A stretch of 64,000 nt of DNA, taken from Podarcis pityusensis. Its lineage: Eukaryota. The position numbers were made by a program, and so were the translations under genes. Positions 11,930 through 24,224 of this stretch are shown in pieces. A model generated the notes under the pieces. That model was not told where the DNA came from and did no database searches. It worked only from the letters and a program-made list of their open reading frames with translations. The DNA lies in the NCBI GenBank assembly GCA_964106645.2, contig OZ067053.1. One strand, written 5' to 3'. Positions within the stretch are counted from its first letter, which is position 1, and each line of letters starts with the position of its first letter.

Positions 11930-12299
11930 TGAAATATACTCAGAGTCGCAAAGTGATTTCATGCTCTTTATTCAGCTCATAGTGGTGAGGAGGAATGAAT
12001 AAATGTCCCCTCACAGTATCTGCTTTATATACATTATTTACACAATGGGCTGCACATGATTGGCTAATTCTGGAATTCTACTGTAAGCCAATCAGGTTGT
12101 GGATTCACTTCTATCTGGAGCAGGATTGGGTGGTTCCTGCCAACCAATCATACTGCTGCATTGTTCTAGGACCAATCAGACTGCTGCATTCTGAATCCTA
12201 TTGTTCTAGGACCAATCAGACTGCTGCCTTTTGGATCCTATTGTTCTAGGACCAATCAGACTGCTACAGTTTGGATCCTATTCAACTCAGTACATAACA
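11930..12299 (-). promoter_or_regulatory. 5' LTR of the Gypsy element (CCAAT-repeat U3, TATA box, polyA signal)
   Basis: Three copies of ttgttctaggaCCAATcagactgct plus further CCAAT/ATTGG boxes. On the minus strand these are followed by GTATATAAAG and then AATAAA. Confidence 0.9.
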
Positions 12300-12343
12300 G
12301 TACCCCTGAACATTTTTTTAGGGAAAAAAGCACTGAGTAGCAG

Positions 12344-13490
12344 CATTATATGCAAAGGATGTATACAGTTGGGAAGAGTTCCATGACCTGGGGCATGGAA
12401 GGAAGAATATATGGGTAAAATATATAAGAGAGGGGAACAACAGTGACCTTGCTGTGGGTGTCTGCTACAGACCTTCAAGCCATACTGAGGACTTGGATTA
12501 TGCCTTCCTAGAGCAGATTACCAAACAGTCAAAAAGGAGGGATATAGGAGACCTCAACTATCCCCATATCTGCTGGAAGCAACAAGGGGATCATCTCATC
12601 TTGGACCTGGTCCTCACCAACAGGGAGGAACTGATTGATGAAGTGGATGTACTGGGAACTTTGGGAGGAAGTGATCATGTCCTCTTGGGTTTCATTATAC
12701 AGAGGGAAGGGAAAGCTGAGTGTAGTCAGACATGCACTCTGGACTTTAAGAAGGCTGGTTTCAAAAAGCTTGAGGAACTGTTGTATGAAGTCCCACGGTA
12801 AGAAATACTCAAAGTGAAGGAAGTCCAAGATGGATAGGAGTTTTTTGACAGTGAAATACTGAAGGCACAAAGGCAGTCAATTCCAACAAGAAAGAAAAGT
12901 GGAAGGCACCTAAAGAAACCAGTGTGGCTACATAAGGAGCTTACAGATGAGCTGAGATTTTAAGAAGGTGATGTGTAAGAAATGGAATAAAGGAGAAATC
13001 GTGAAGGAAGAGTATACAGAAGTAGCCAGCAGATGCACGGTCAGGTGGGCCAAAGCTCAGAATGAACTCAGACTTGCAAGATAGGTAGGTTAAAAATAAT
13101 AGAAAAGGTTTCTTCAGCTATGTTCAAAGCAAGAGGAAAAACAAGCAAGTAGGTGGAGAAATTGAGAAGATGGAGAAGACAGAGGTGGGTGACAGAGAAG
13201 GCAGAACTGCTGAACATCCACTGAAAGGGAAAGCAGTGCCTATCGTGGGGATAAAAGAATAAATGATGCAAAGAGAGAGCTGCAGCCCAATATAGGAAAA
13301 GAGGTGGTAATGGAACACCTGGCTGGTTTAATGGAATTGAAATCTCCAGTGCCTGATGTGATCTCAGAGCTTCTGTCTATAATTCTTGAGAATTTTTGGA
13401 GAACAAGTGGGGTCCTTGGGGTAGAGGCAAATGTTGCCCCTATCTTAAAGGGGGGGGGGGGGAGAAGACCCAGGTAACTATCAGCTAGGA
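12344..13490 (+). mobile_element. CR1 LINE ORF2 fragment, right part
   Basis: GVCYRPS, GDLNYPHICW, LDLVLTNREELI, LGGSDHVLL, TLDFKKAGF are CR1 endonuclease motifs, broken by stops and deletions. Confidence 0.88.
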
Positions 13491-14703
13491 AGCTTGCCAT
13501 CAGGCAGGTACCTTCACTATATTCTTTTCAGAGCCTGTCCAGACATGTAGGAGTTACATATATTTCATTTCATTTTAGCTAACGTTGATTTTAATAATCT
13601 TTTAAATAATTTTGTATACCAGTTTTTAAATATATTTATTGATAATTTCAAAGTTTATTTTACATTTTCCTAAACTGCTTAGAGGTCTTCCTACAACCAA
13701 GCACTATATAAATTCTGTTAGATAAATAAAATAAAATTTAAAGTCATTTCTGATTTTGTAATTGGCTTTTAACTGATTATATCTCTGGATAATTTCTTGA
13801 GTATTGTGTTTTAATTAAGCAGTATATAAATTGTCTAAATATATAAATATTTCCCACCCAATACCACACCACTTCATGCTTTCTGCATGGAAGGAATCCT
13901 TTCTACAGTGGCTGAGCAACTCAGCTGCATTGCAAATGTTTCTAGGCTATATTATGGGGCGGGGGTAGCCCACATGGTACCCTCCAGATGTTGCTGGGTT
14001 TCAGCTCCTGTCCTCCCTGATCACTGGCCTTGCTGGCTGCTGGAGCTGCTGGTAATTGTAGCCCAACAACATCTAGAGGACATCTCATTGGCTATCCCTA
14101 TTCTAGAGTGTAGTCTCAATTCACATGTTCTTGGGAGTGCCATGTACGAACTTCGAATGCATTCTAGTTATAATTTGCACCCAAAACTCAAATGCAGCTG
14201 ATGAGTAATGATGGGCAAAATGTATTTCACGAACACTTGTCTGCCATTAATGATGTTTGAATGGAAGAATCCCTGGGGAGCTTCTGAAAGACCCTCTGCC
14301 CCGATTTCCCAGAAACACAGTTTGTATATACATTGCTCTGTGCAAGCGGTGTATATTGGTGTGAGCCCATCCCATAGGCAACTCAGGTTCTTTCAGTCAC
14401 ATATTTCTGTTTTCTTCCAAGGCAATTATTTTGTTTACGACTACAGAGCTGCTGGACCTTTTTTTAATGCTTATTTGTGCTGGTGTTGGTTTCATTTTCC
14501 AATCTGGGTGCTGTTGAAATGCTTATTCCATCTAACCAACTTTGAATGATTTCATTTGACATCAGTTGCGGTGTTTTCTGCCTTTTCTTTGTGTGTTGTG
14601 CATGTTTTGCTTGATTTTATTTGATTTTTGCACCTTGTTCATCTCACCATGCTCTATGTCCGTTTGGTCTAATATTTTTGATTTCCCTGTTTCGTCTCCG
14701 TAG

Positions 14704-14868
14704 CGGATGTTGTTCAGTCTCATGGTGGCGTCTTCATGGAAAGTGCATCCCCTTCGGCTCCCATTTCAGCCCCCCAGTTCAGGGGCTTCCGGAGAGCCAG
14801 CGAGGCCAGCATTGCCAGCCAGGTCTCGGGAATGGCAGACAGTTACACTGCTTCCAACATAGCCAACA
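14704..14868 (+). CDS. PITPNM2: PITPNM2 exon (165 nt, phase 1-1)
   Basis: tag|CGGATG...AACA|gtaagt. Encodes DVVQSH...RGFRRASEASIASQVSGMADSYTASNIAN. Confidence 0.95.
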
Positions 14869-15940
14869 GTAAGTGTTCCTCCCCCCTGGAAATGTCGTCC
14901 TTTCCCACTAGCTCCCCCACACCAGGTCTCTGAGCAGCTTGAAGGATTGACCGATGTCCTGTCCTGCTTCATTCTTGTCATTGAGATTCTGGGGTCTCCA
15001 AACTGCAGGCCTAAAAGAACAAGCATTCTCATCTGAAAAGAAGGAGGGTCTGGGCTGCAATCTGGTTTCACTTCAGTGCTCCTTCAGTTCTTTTAATACT
15101 TATTTATTCAAAGTGCTGCACATGCATCATCTGATTGAAATCCTCACACCATCCCTGTAAGGTAAGTCAGTGTTGCTCTCCTTCATATTGCAAATGGAGA
15201 GATTGGGAGTGAGCTAGAGTGTCTTGCCTAAGGCCACGTCATCCGGACACAGGCAAGAGTCAAACCAGGGGCTTGCTGATTCATAGCTCAGGTTTCTCTA
15301 GCCATTATTTCTACACCAGCTCTTTGCATCTCACGGATCAGATGTTGGAGCTGTTCCACATCTGAAATACATATATACAAACACACACACACTCACAAAG
15401 GTACACATGTAATACTTTCTTAGGTTATCACCTCATTAAAGACACCTTAGTTGATAATACTATGGGTTTGAATTAATTAGTTGCAGAGTTAAATATTTCT
15501 TATGGTTATGACTAAAACGCTTTTACTTTTTTAAGGAAAGAAAACAGTCTGTCCGTAAACTTCTCCATCCTACCTGCAAGCAGCATTTGAGGCAACGGCG
15601 GGGGTTGGGGGCAGTTGGGGGAGGAAATGACATAGGAAGTTCCCTGGATGCTTAGATCATTGGTGTGGATGATGGTGCCAGGAAGAACCACAGGTTGCTG
15701 GGAGCAGAGCTAGAGGTTCCACTGCCCTCTTCCACACACTTTGCCCCTTGATGTGTATGGTGTCTGTAGGGGAGGGGATTACAGCTGTTGCTTAAACAGC
15801 CGGTGCTTTTCCTTCATAGCCCCATCACACTATCAAAGGACAAAAATTAAGTTGCATTCTTTGCATGACTTGTGTTTTAACAGGCGTGTGTTTTGTTTTT
15901 GTTTTGTCTTTCCCCCTATCGTTTTAAATGTTCCTTTTAG

Positions 15941-16150
15941 AAAACAAACACCATCTCACCCATTCCAGGGGGTTTAGCCTTCTAGCCCTGCTTGCCCTCC
16001 CACACAAGGCCCCCACCCAACCCTCGCCCAAAAGGCATAGGGCACCTAAACCTGAAATTTCCCAGAACCCCTTAGGAAGAAGGGTTGGGAGCTCCTCCCA
16101 TTGGGAAGTGGATGCCATTCTACAGATCCCGGACCTGGACATCGACAAAG
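15941..16150 (+). CDS. PITPNM2: PITPNM2 probable cassette exon (210 nt, phase 1-1)
   Basis: ttccttttag|...AAAG|gtattc. Peptide LTHSRGFSLLALLALP...IPDLDIDK resembles the mammalian alternative exon (LSHTPSVRRLSLLALP...LPELDIGE) as recalled. Confidence 0.75.
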
Positions 16151-17989
16151 GTATTCTGGAGAGAGACAAGGGGAGCAAGATGCATCACTAACTAACCTCC
16201 TCTGTCGCTCTCTCCAGAGCCAAATGGGTCTGCTTTTCATGGGACTCCTTCACCATCTTGGCATAGTTTAAACACTTGCTTCCACTCTGCTTTGATGACT
16301 AACTTTCTTGCCTCTAACAGCCACCTGCCTCTGTAGTGCACACTCTGGTTAATTTTAAAATCCTCTATAGCACTTGCAGTACTGTTGCTGCTGTTTCTTA
16401 GGAGGAAGCACCTATTATTGACTGTCCTGTTCGGAGGATCCCAAAATCACAGCTTTGAACTGCAAATAGAAAGCTGGAACACCTCCACTTATGAGATGGC
16501 TTTGGCTTGGGAGTAGAAATAATTGCAAGTTTGTTTTGATAACTACTCCTCTCTTATGTCAGAATGTGAGGGGAAAGAAGTCTTTTTTGGCAGGATTTTC
16601 CAGAAGTTTTGGTTTTCTTGCTGGTCTCGTACAACACAATCTGTTCTGTGATAGACATCTGTGGTAAGGCAAATAAATAAATTTGAGAAATCCAGCAGGA
16701 CAATTGAAGCTATGCTGTCAGAATGGCAATTTATGACCTCCATGCAACTAAATGGCAGTTCTCCTAACAGGACAAGGTTTGGTTTCCTCCTCTTGCCTTT
16801 GCACTGAAATTCTATAGCAAGGAGTCTAGAGAGGATCTGCTGTGGGAATTGGTGAGATGAGGGGCATCCTTTCTCAACAATACACTTCCTGCCTTTTCTT
16901 TTGACACTCAGCAGCTTTTGAGATGCTGTTGTTGATTTAGAAATTTGTAAGGGAATGTGTGTTTTAAAAATTAGACACCCAGAAATTTGCAGAAGTTTGC
17001 AGGTGCTAAGGTGCCTCGGTGGTGGTCTCCTGACACATAGCTGTAATGATAAGACAGGTAAGTGACAGACTGAAGTACAATTTCCGCTTTTGTTCCTAAA
17101 GAACTTTGGTGCCCAGTTTAATATGTGGTTTGAACCCAGCTACCTCTGTTCCAGAGGCCATGACAGGCTCTCTGTGCTGGCTGAGGCTGATGGGAAGTTG
17201 TAGGCCAAAACATCTGAAGGGCACCAGTTTGGGGGAAGCATAAAATGTTCTGAAACTTCTAAGAATCACCAATTAATTTCTCCTCTCTTACTGTGGGACA
17301 TGGCCACGCTACAAATCTATAGTAGTTTCATACTTGTTTAACTGCCACGGCTTCCCACAAAGAATCCCAGGAATCGCACTTGTGCTGACAAGACTGAGAA
17401 TGCTGTGCTACAAGTGAGATCTGCAACCAAATGCTGCAGCATGGAGTGCTCCTGTTCAGAGTGCCAGCCAGCAGCCTCCTCTTCTAGGATACGTTGTCTC
17501 CTCCCCCCCCCCCCCGATTTTCTCCTTTCTTTACAGTTCTCCACCCCATAGGCAGCACTGGCTGTGTTCATCCTCACTCGCATGTTGGAAGTAGGGGCTC
17601 GCCCCAAGAGTTTCCTCTTCTGCAAACATCAGGGTTCCCCTGATAATGTTGATACCTTCCTCTGGTATGTGAGTGGTGCCAGTTTGATTACATAAAGATC
17701 AGCACTTCCCTCTGAATGTGGCTGACAGGAGGATTGATTGAGCCTGACACCAGCACCACCCTGCCCTTCACAGCAGTTTGAGTTTCCAGGGTTTCTTGGG
17801 AGAGAGGCAGATTTTTTTGAAGCAAATGCATAGTGAAGAATACCAGTGAAGAATCTTCTTGAGGTATCCTCAGAGGAACACCGCAGTCCCCCACCCCTGC
17901 TTCAAGGTTTTTTGGAAGATGCCATGGCAATTTAACTGATATGAAACCTGATATGAATCCTGAGAAGTGGAGTTTGTTATGGTTGCCGA

Positions 17990-19170
17990 GAGTTGTCAGG
18001 AGAGCTTCAAGAAAAATGCAGAGAGCAAAATCAACCCCAGTAAATGGCGTTTATTGACCTGAATAAGGCCTTCAACACTGTACTGCCCTGTGGACTGTCC
18101 TGAAAATCGGCTGCCCAGATAAATTTTTGAACATCCTTCGGCTCCTCCATGATAACATGACGGCAACAATCGCAGATAACAATGGCTCTCAAAATGTACC
18201 ATTCACAGTGGGATCAACGTCATGTGTGCACACTCAAAGGATGATATCCAAACCATCCTAAATATCTTCACAGAAGCTTATGACAATCTTGGTCTATCAC
18301 TCAATATCCAAAAAACCAAAGTGCTGCACCAACAAGCACAAAACAACCTCTCTGCAGCGCCACAAATCCAACTAAATGGTGTAACATTGGAAAGTGTCAA
18401 TTACTTTTCCTACCTGGGCCGTTACCTTTCCACAAGGGCCAGCATTGATGCCGAGATCCAGCATCGCCTGAGCTCTGCAAGTGCAGCTTTCTCCCGATTG
18501 AAGCGCAGAGTGTTTGAGTGCGCAGGGAAACCAAAATACTCATTTTACAAAGCTATTGTACTACCAACATTACTGTACACTTGTGAAACATGGACCACTT
18601 ATAAATGCCATTTCCAGCTCTTTGAAAAATTCCATCAACCGACTCTCCTCGGGAATACAGGTGAACTAATGCCAGTGTACTGCAAAAAGCAAAGATCACC
18701 AGTTGATTCTTCAGCATCAACTTCTTTGGACTGGTCATGTTGTTTGGATGCCTGATTACCGTCTTCCAAAGCAACCACTCTATTCCCAACTCAAGAATTG
18801 AAAGCGAAATACCAGTGGATAACAAAATAGGTTTAAAGACACTCTCAGGGCAAACCTAAAATAATGTAACATAAGCACTGATAACTGGGAAACACTGGCC
18901 TGCAAGTGCTCCAATTGGAGAACAGCCTTTACCAGCCTTTACCAAAGGTGTCATGACTTTGAAGAAGCTTGAACTCAGGGCAAAAAGGGGAAAGAGGAAG
19001 GCACGTTTGGCAAACCCTCACTGTGATCAACTCCTGCTTGGAAACCTGTGTCCCCACTGTGGAAGGATGTGTGGATCCAGAATTGTCCTCCACAGTCATG
19101 TACTCACTGTTAAGACTGTGTTCATGGAAGACAATCTTCTTGGCTACGAGTGATCACCAAAGAAGAAGAC
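17990..19170 (+). mobile_element. Decayed RTE-clade (BovB-like) LINE 3' part
   Basis: CAHSKDDIQTILNIFTEAYDNLGLSLNIQKTKVL, FSYLG, DAEIQHRLSSASAAF, AIVLPTLLYTCETWT, C-terminal CPHCGR..SRI.LHSH and a short GAA tail. Confidence 0.85.
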
Positions 19171-19474
19171 GACTCCCTTCACAGAGCTACAATTCCCAGG
19201 ATTCCCTGGGAAGAGGAATGAATTATTAAACCAAATTACACTTCCCAGGGTTCTTTAGGGGAAGCGATGACTGTGTGAAGCAGTGTGACACTGCTTTAGT
19301 TGTATAGTGGAGATGGGGCCAAAGTTGTTACACCCAGAGAAAGAGAGTTTTCTGACATTTTAGTTGGGAAAGCAATGGGCCTGAAATGTAGACTTGAATT
19401 ATTTTTTACTTTTCTTTTCCATGAAAGGAATAATTCAAATGTTGGGGCTTTGTCTCCTTATGTTTTGTTCCCAG

Positions 19475-19623
19475 TTGCTGCCAAATGGTGGGGAACGAAA
19501 AGAATAGACTATGCTCTCTATTGCCCCGATGCCCTCACCGCCTTCCCTACGGTGGCCTTACCGCACCTTTTCCATGCAAGCTACTGGGAGTCAACAGATG
19601 TGGTTTCCTTCCTCCTCAGGCAG
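19475..19623 (+). CDS. PITPNM2: PITPNM2 exon (end of DDHD domain)
   Basis: ccag|TTGCT...CAG|gtcagt. Encodes [49 protein letters not shown]. Confidence 0.97.
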
Positions 19624-22273
19624 GTCAGTCCTATTTGGTTTGCAAATCTCCAGCATACACAGGGACTGTGCTCATACTCCCATTTACCGTGCACTCACTG
19701 TGCTTCCAGCCCCGGTCTTTAATCCATGTTCACACAACATTATCCAAAACACTACTCTTTGATGTACTGTTTCTCAAGCCTGCTTCGCACCAGTTTGGAG
19801 CCCTTAAGTTCCTAGTCCATCTCTAGCCAAGCCGTAGGGTAAATGCATCCCCTCCCTGTCAACATCCTCTGTTGTGTACACAAACAGAAATTAATTTGAC
19901 ACTCATGAAACCCTGCTGATGTGAGCAGCCAGAGGGATAGAGTGGTGAAACGATTTCACTGCGTTCTAATGTGAACACACCCTCAGTCCTCTGTTAGTAT
20001 TAAATTGCAGAGGGAACTCACAGTTATTCAAGGAAACTGGACACAGCTAATTTATCATCAATTTTGCTTTGCATTTTTGCAAGCTGAAAATATCTGATGC
20101 AAAGCTCCAAATATAATGAATGACTCTCCCTCTTAATAAATGTAGCTTATGATACCCTTGGCAAAGTGTTCATATTTCTAGTGCTCATGATGGTAGCGGG
20201 GGGGGGGGACTGTGGGGGCTTTGACTTAAGTATTTGTGAGCATGTGTGTGATGTGACATCTTCTAGCCTTCTTGCCTGCATACCCCTCCCCTCACAAACT
20301 TTCTGTTAGTTTCAACTTTTCAGTATCATAACAAAAAATAACTGGAACAAAAATTATGTAAAAGCAAAACCTCTAAGATTGGCTAACTAAAATAAAGCGT
20401 GCAGTTTAAATGCATGAATGTTTTGCATAGTTTAGGCCAGTTCATGAAATTCATTACTTTTAAGCTGCAATCCTATATGCATTCGGCTAGGAGTAAGTCC
20501 CCCTGAATTCAGCAGGCCTTGTTTCAGAAAAAGCCTTGTATAGGATTGCACTGTTCATGGAGTTTTCTAGGCACTTGCCATCCTCAATATGATAGAATCA
20601 GGAAAAGGGGCAAGAGGATAGATTGGTCTCTGAAACACTTTCCTCCCAGAATCCTGGAGCCAGAGTTGCCTTAGTTAGATTGCTGAATCTGCTGGAATCT
20701 TATGTCATCCCAGGAAGTGTCTGGTGCTGCAGGGCTGAGTCAAGAGGTCAGTGGATCTGGAGGCAATGTGTGATAATAATGCATTTCTGAAGAAAAGATT
20801 TCCCCAGAGCAGGGAGAAAAGGGTTGGGATGCCATCAGAATGAGCACACAGCTTTAGCACGAGGACAGCAGACTAAATGATGACATTTAGGAGAAAGCTT
20901 TTCCTGCTATAGGAATAAAACATTTGCAGAATGTGGCAGACATGGCTGCACACAACTTCACTGTACTAGAAACACACATACATACTTCTCATCCTGGAGT
21001 GAGCTGCAAGAAAGGGATGGGTGAGTTTTGCAAGTGTTTCAGCAAATCAGGGAAAAGCTGAGTACGATGGGTTCTTATAGGCTAGCACGTGTGATGTCAC
21101 CAGCATGCTTTCCTCTATCCCTAAAGCAGTTGTCAAACTGTTTTTTTAATGTTCATAAACTTACATACATTTTTAACAGAAGGATAGGCATAAAAGTATA
21201 CATACTTTGTTTTAAAATATTTTTTTAAGTATATCCACTCCCTAAAACAAGTGGAGAGACATTAAGATTCAGAGACCTGATCCAGCATTCAATTTGCAAG
21301 AAGCATTACGAATGGAAGTAAGTTTTGGAAGCTGCTGTGAATGACCATAGTTGAGGGCATCAGCCACCACTGGGGTGCCACCCCCTGCTAAATACAACAG
21401 GAAGAGCCAAACAGACTTTCTCCAGCAGATGAGGTCAGCAGCAGCAGCAGCTTCCAAGAGTGGCCATGTCTGTGGAGCTGATAGGTAGTGCCTGTGTCAG
21501 GCAAAAACTGTGATTGTGTTGGTGTTTCTGGTGTAGGACAGAGTGACATTTGTGACAGCTGAAAGTAATCAGGATTGGACATTGAATGAGTCTAAAAAAT
21601 AATTGGTCTTTCAACTGACCAAATGTCACCAGATGTGCTAAAATGTAATGTTAATTATATCAGCACAGTGACATCAAAGACACTTCAGAGTGTTGCTTGT
21701 TGCCATTAATAATTCATTTAGCACTTTCAATACGCAAATGGAAACTCCAGCCGCAATTGAAAGTGTTCTCCTGACCACTTCAATTCTGCCCATCTCTTAA
21801 TTGTTTTAAATACCATCTGTTCACACTCACCCCATGGCTCTGTTTTAATTAATCTAGAATAACTACCAGTTCTTTAAAAATAAAAATGGAAGAGGGAAAA
21901 CGTAGGAGTACAAAAAACCAAACCTTTCCTTTTAAATAAGTGCAGAACCCCAGCTAGTGCCACTCAGTTGTGCAACATGTGCAAAGCACCTGGCCCCCAG
22001 TAATGGAACAAAGGACATTCAGAAACAGATTTGGGTGCAAACAGGCTGCAACTTATGCAAAAACAGGCTACAACAAGTATGCAGCGTTGGCTAGGCATAG
22101 GGCAAGAACTGGATATTGGAGAGCCCATCTGGTGTTAATGGAATTGTCCAGTGATTTCAGCTGCTCCAGTGACTTCTGCTGCCACCAGAGCTAGGCATCT
22201 TCCACTTGGCAAACAGAGTGTAGTAGATTCTTGCGCTTTGTGGAAATCCCTGATCAGGCTATGCTTTCCTCAG

Positions 22274-22390
22274 GTGATGAGGCACGAGAACGCCAGCATC
22301 CTGGAGCTGGATGGGAAGGAGGTCTCTGTCTTTACTCCTTCTAAGCCCAGGGAGAAGTGGCTTCGCAAGAGGACCCACGTGAAGCTAAGG
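22274..22390 (+). CDS. PITPNM2: PITPNM2 exon
   Basis: cag|GTG...AGG|gtaagg. Encodes VMRHENASILELDGKEVSVFTPSKPREKWLRKRTHVKLR. Confidence 0.97.
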
Positions 22391-23577
22391 GTAAGGACAG
22401 TCTTCCGTTGTTTTTGAAAAATTTAATTTTATTCTATATTGAAAGCAATATGCACTCCATTTGGCCAGTCCAAGGGTTTCATTAACACGAGTTAATTCAC
22501 TGGCTTCATTGAGGAACACCTTCCCCCTCTAAGTCATTGCTCCATGGCTTTCTAGCAAATTGCATCTGGCATTGATTGTGTCACCATGAAAAAAAGACAG
22601 TCGCTTGTGAAACTTGTTACTGAGCATGAAACAATTTTATTTGTTTGATTTGTAAATGGTTCCTCTTCCTCCACTTTTTAATCCTCAGTCTCAACAACCC
22701 TGTTAGGCTGAGAGTTAGGAACTGATGCAAGGACACCCAGTGAGGTTCTTGACTTGAGCTGGCGCTTGAACCTGGATCTCCCCAGTCCTTGTCTGACACC
22801 CCCACATACATCTTGCTGACTAGTTTAACCATCAACCATATGCTTATACCTCAGTGATAGAGCACATACTTTGCATCCAAAAGATTCCTGATTCAATTCT
22901 GCATCTCCAGGTGTAGGTGAGGAAGACTCCTGTCTGAAACCCTCAAGAGCACCTCCTAGTCCATATAAACAGTACTGAGGTAGATGGGCCAATGGTCCAA
23001 CTCTGTAAAAGGCATAAGAAGTCCTATAAGATATGTGGAAATGAGGTCTCCTTGGCTGCCACTTAACAATTTCAGTTGCCATTCATGCACTCCCAAGCCA
23101 CTCATGCATACGCAGGATTTGAAATAGGGACATTGGCGCCATCCTGCTCTTCCCCTCTGTGTTTCTTCTTCTCTTCTCCCGTTGATGGGTGAGTGATTTG
23201 CAGCCTGTCTTGCTTCTCAAAGCATTCCACATATTGTACTCCAATATTTCCAATAACTGATTGGCGTCCAATTTTAACATTTTATGTGTTTTTTATTGTA
23301 TGGCTTAATGTGCACTTGTTGTAAACCACTTTGATTTTTTAAAATGAACTATGTAAATACATAAACATTTTACAAATAAATATTTGTCATTGTTGTTATT
23401 TTAAATGTTTATGCCCTGCCTTCTAAAGCAGTGTCTTCCTTAACTATTTGTTCTCTGCACCATGCACATTGGTGGGTCTACATAAGTAAATAAATAAATG
23501 ATTGTGATGCTGTGGTAAAGACACAGCACCCTCAGGCTGGTAGGTGATGGATCTAACTTGCAGAAAGAACAGGCTTT

Positions 23578-23854
23578 GAATCATAGTATTGTAGAGCTGG
23601 CAGGGACCCTGAGGGTAATCTAGTCCAGACCCCTGCAAGTCAGGAATCTCAATAAAGTGACAGATGGCATCCCAACCTCTGCTTAAAAGCCTCCAATGAA
23701 GGAGAGTCCAGCACCTTCCAAGGGAGTCCTTTCCACTGTCAAACAGCTCTTGCCATCAGAAAGTCCTTCCTGATGTTTAGTCAGAATCTCTTTTCTTGTA
23801 ACTTGAATCCATTGCTTTGGCTCCTCACCTCCAGAGCAGGAAAAAACAAGCTTG
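23578..23854 (-). mobile_element. CR1 3'-end fragment; similar pieces at ~28443-28545, 41905-42000, 50165-50230, 53565-53620, 61540-61690
   Basis: gaatcatag...gttggaaggg tail on +. Minus-strand peptide resembles the CR1 ORF2 C-terminus. Confidence 0.8.
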
Positions 23855-23872
23855 TTTTTCTTTTCTTTATAG

Positions 23873-23989
23873 AACGTCACAGCCAATCACCGAATAAATG
23901 ATGCTATTGCCAATGAGGACGGACCCCAGATGTTAACTGGAAGGTTTATGTATGGCCCATTGGACATGGTCACACTCACAGGAGAAAAG
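23873..23989 (+). CDS. PITPNM2: PITPNM2 exon
   Basis: tag|AACGTC...AAG|gtattg. Encodes NVTANHRINDAIANEDGPQMLTGRFMYGPLDMVTLTGEK. Confidence 0.97.
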
Positions 23990-24188
23990 GTATTGTTTGT
24001 TACAGATCTAATCGGATCCCTTTAAAACAAAGAAGAAAATAAATGTTCCATTTATGTTTCTACAATAACTTTTTGGTCAGAGTATAAATCTTAAATGCCC
24101 AACTTGCAGTTAGATTTAATGTCTGGATCAACTGAAACTGAAGTGTGCTTGGTGCTATTCAACATAATCAGAACCTGAAGCCTGATCA

Positions 24189-24189
<1 letters not shown>

Positions 24190-24222
<33 letters not shown>
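24190..24222. repeat. (CA)n microsatellite
   Basis: Visible run of about 16 CA units. Confidence 0.95.

Positions 24223-24224
<2 letters not shown>

Larger units (their letters stand above)
7348..12299 (-). mobile_element. Full-length Ty3/Gypsy LTR retrotransposon, Mag-like, 4,952 bp
   Basis: Two 370-bp LTRs with TG...CA ends, 5-bp TSD GTACC (7343-7347 and 12300-12304), PBS, PPT and an uninterrupted gag-pol ORF. Confidence 0.98.
7215..12335. mobile_element. Small non-autonomous hAT-type MITE (~165 bp: 7215-7347 plus 12305-12335) split by the Gypsy element
   Basis: Termini CAGTcCTTTTTTTC (7215) and GAAAAAAGCACTG (12335). Perfect 8-bp TSD AGTAGCAG at 7207-7214 and 12336-12343. Confidence 0.85.

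Noticed and set aside
7649-11982. Many + strand and alternate-frame ORFs inside the Gypsy element
   Set aside because: Shadows of a GC-rich coding sequence with no motifs. Nothing env-like.
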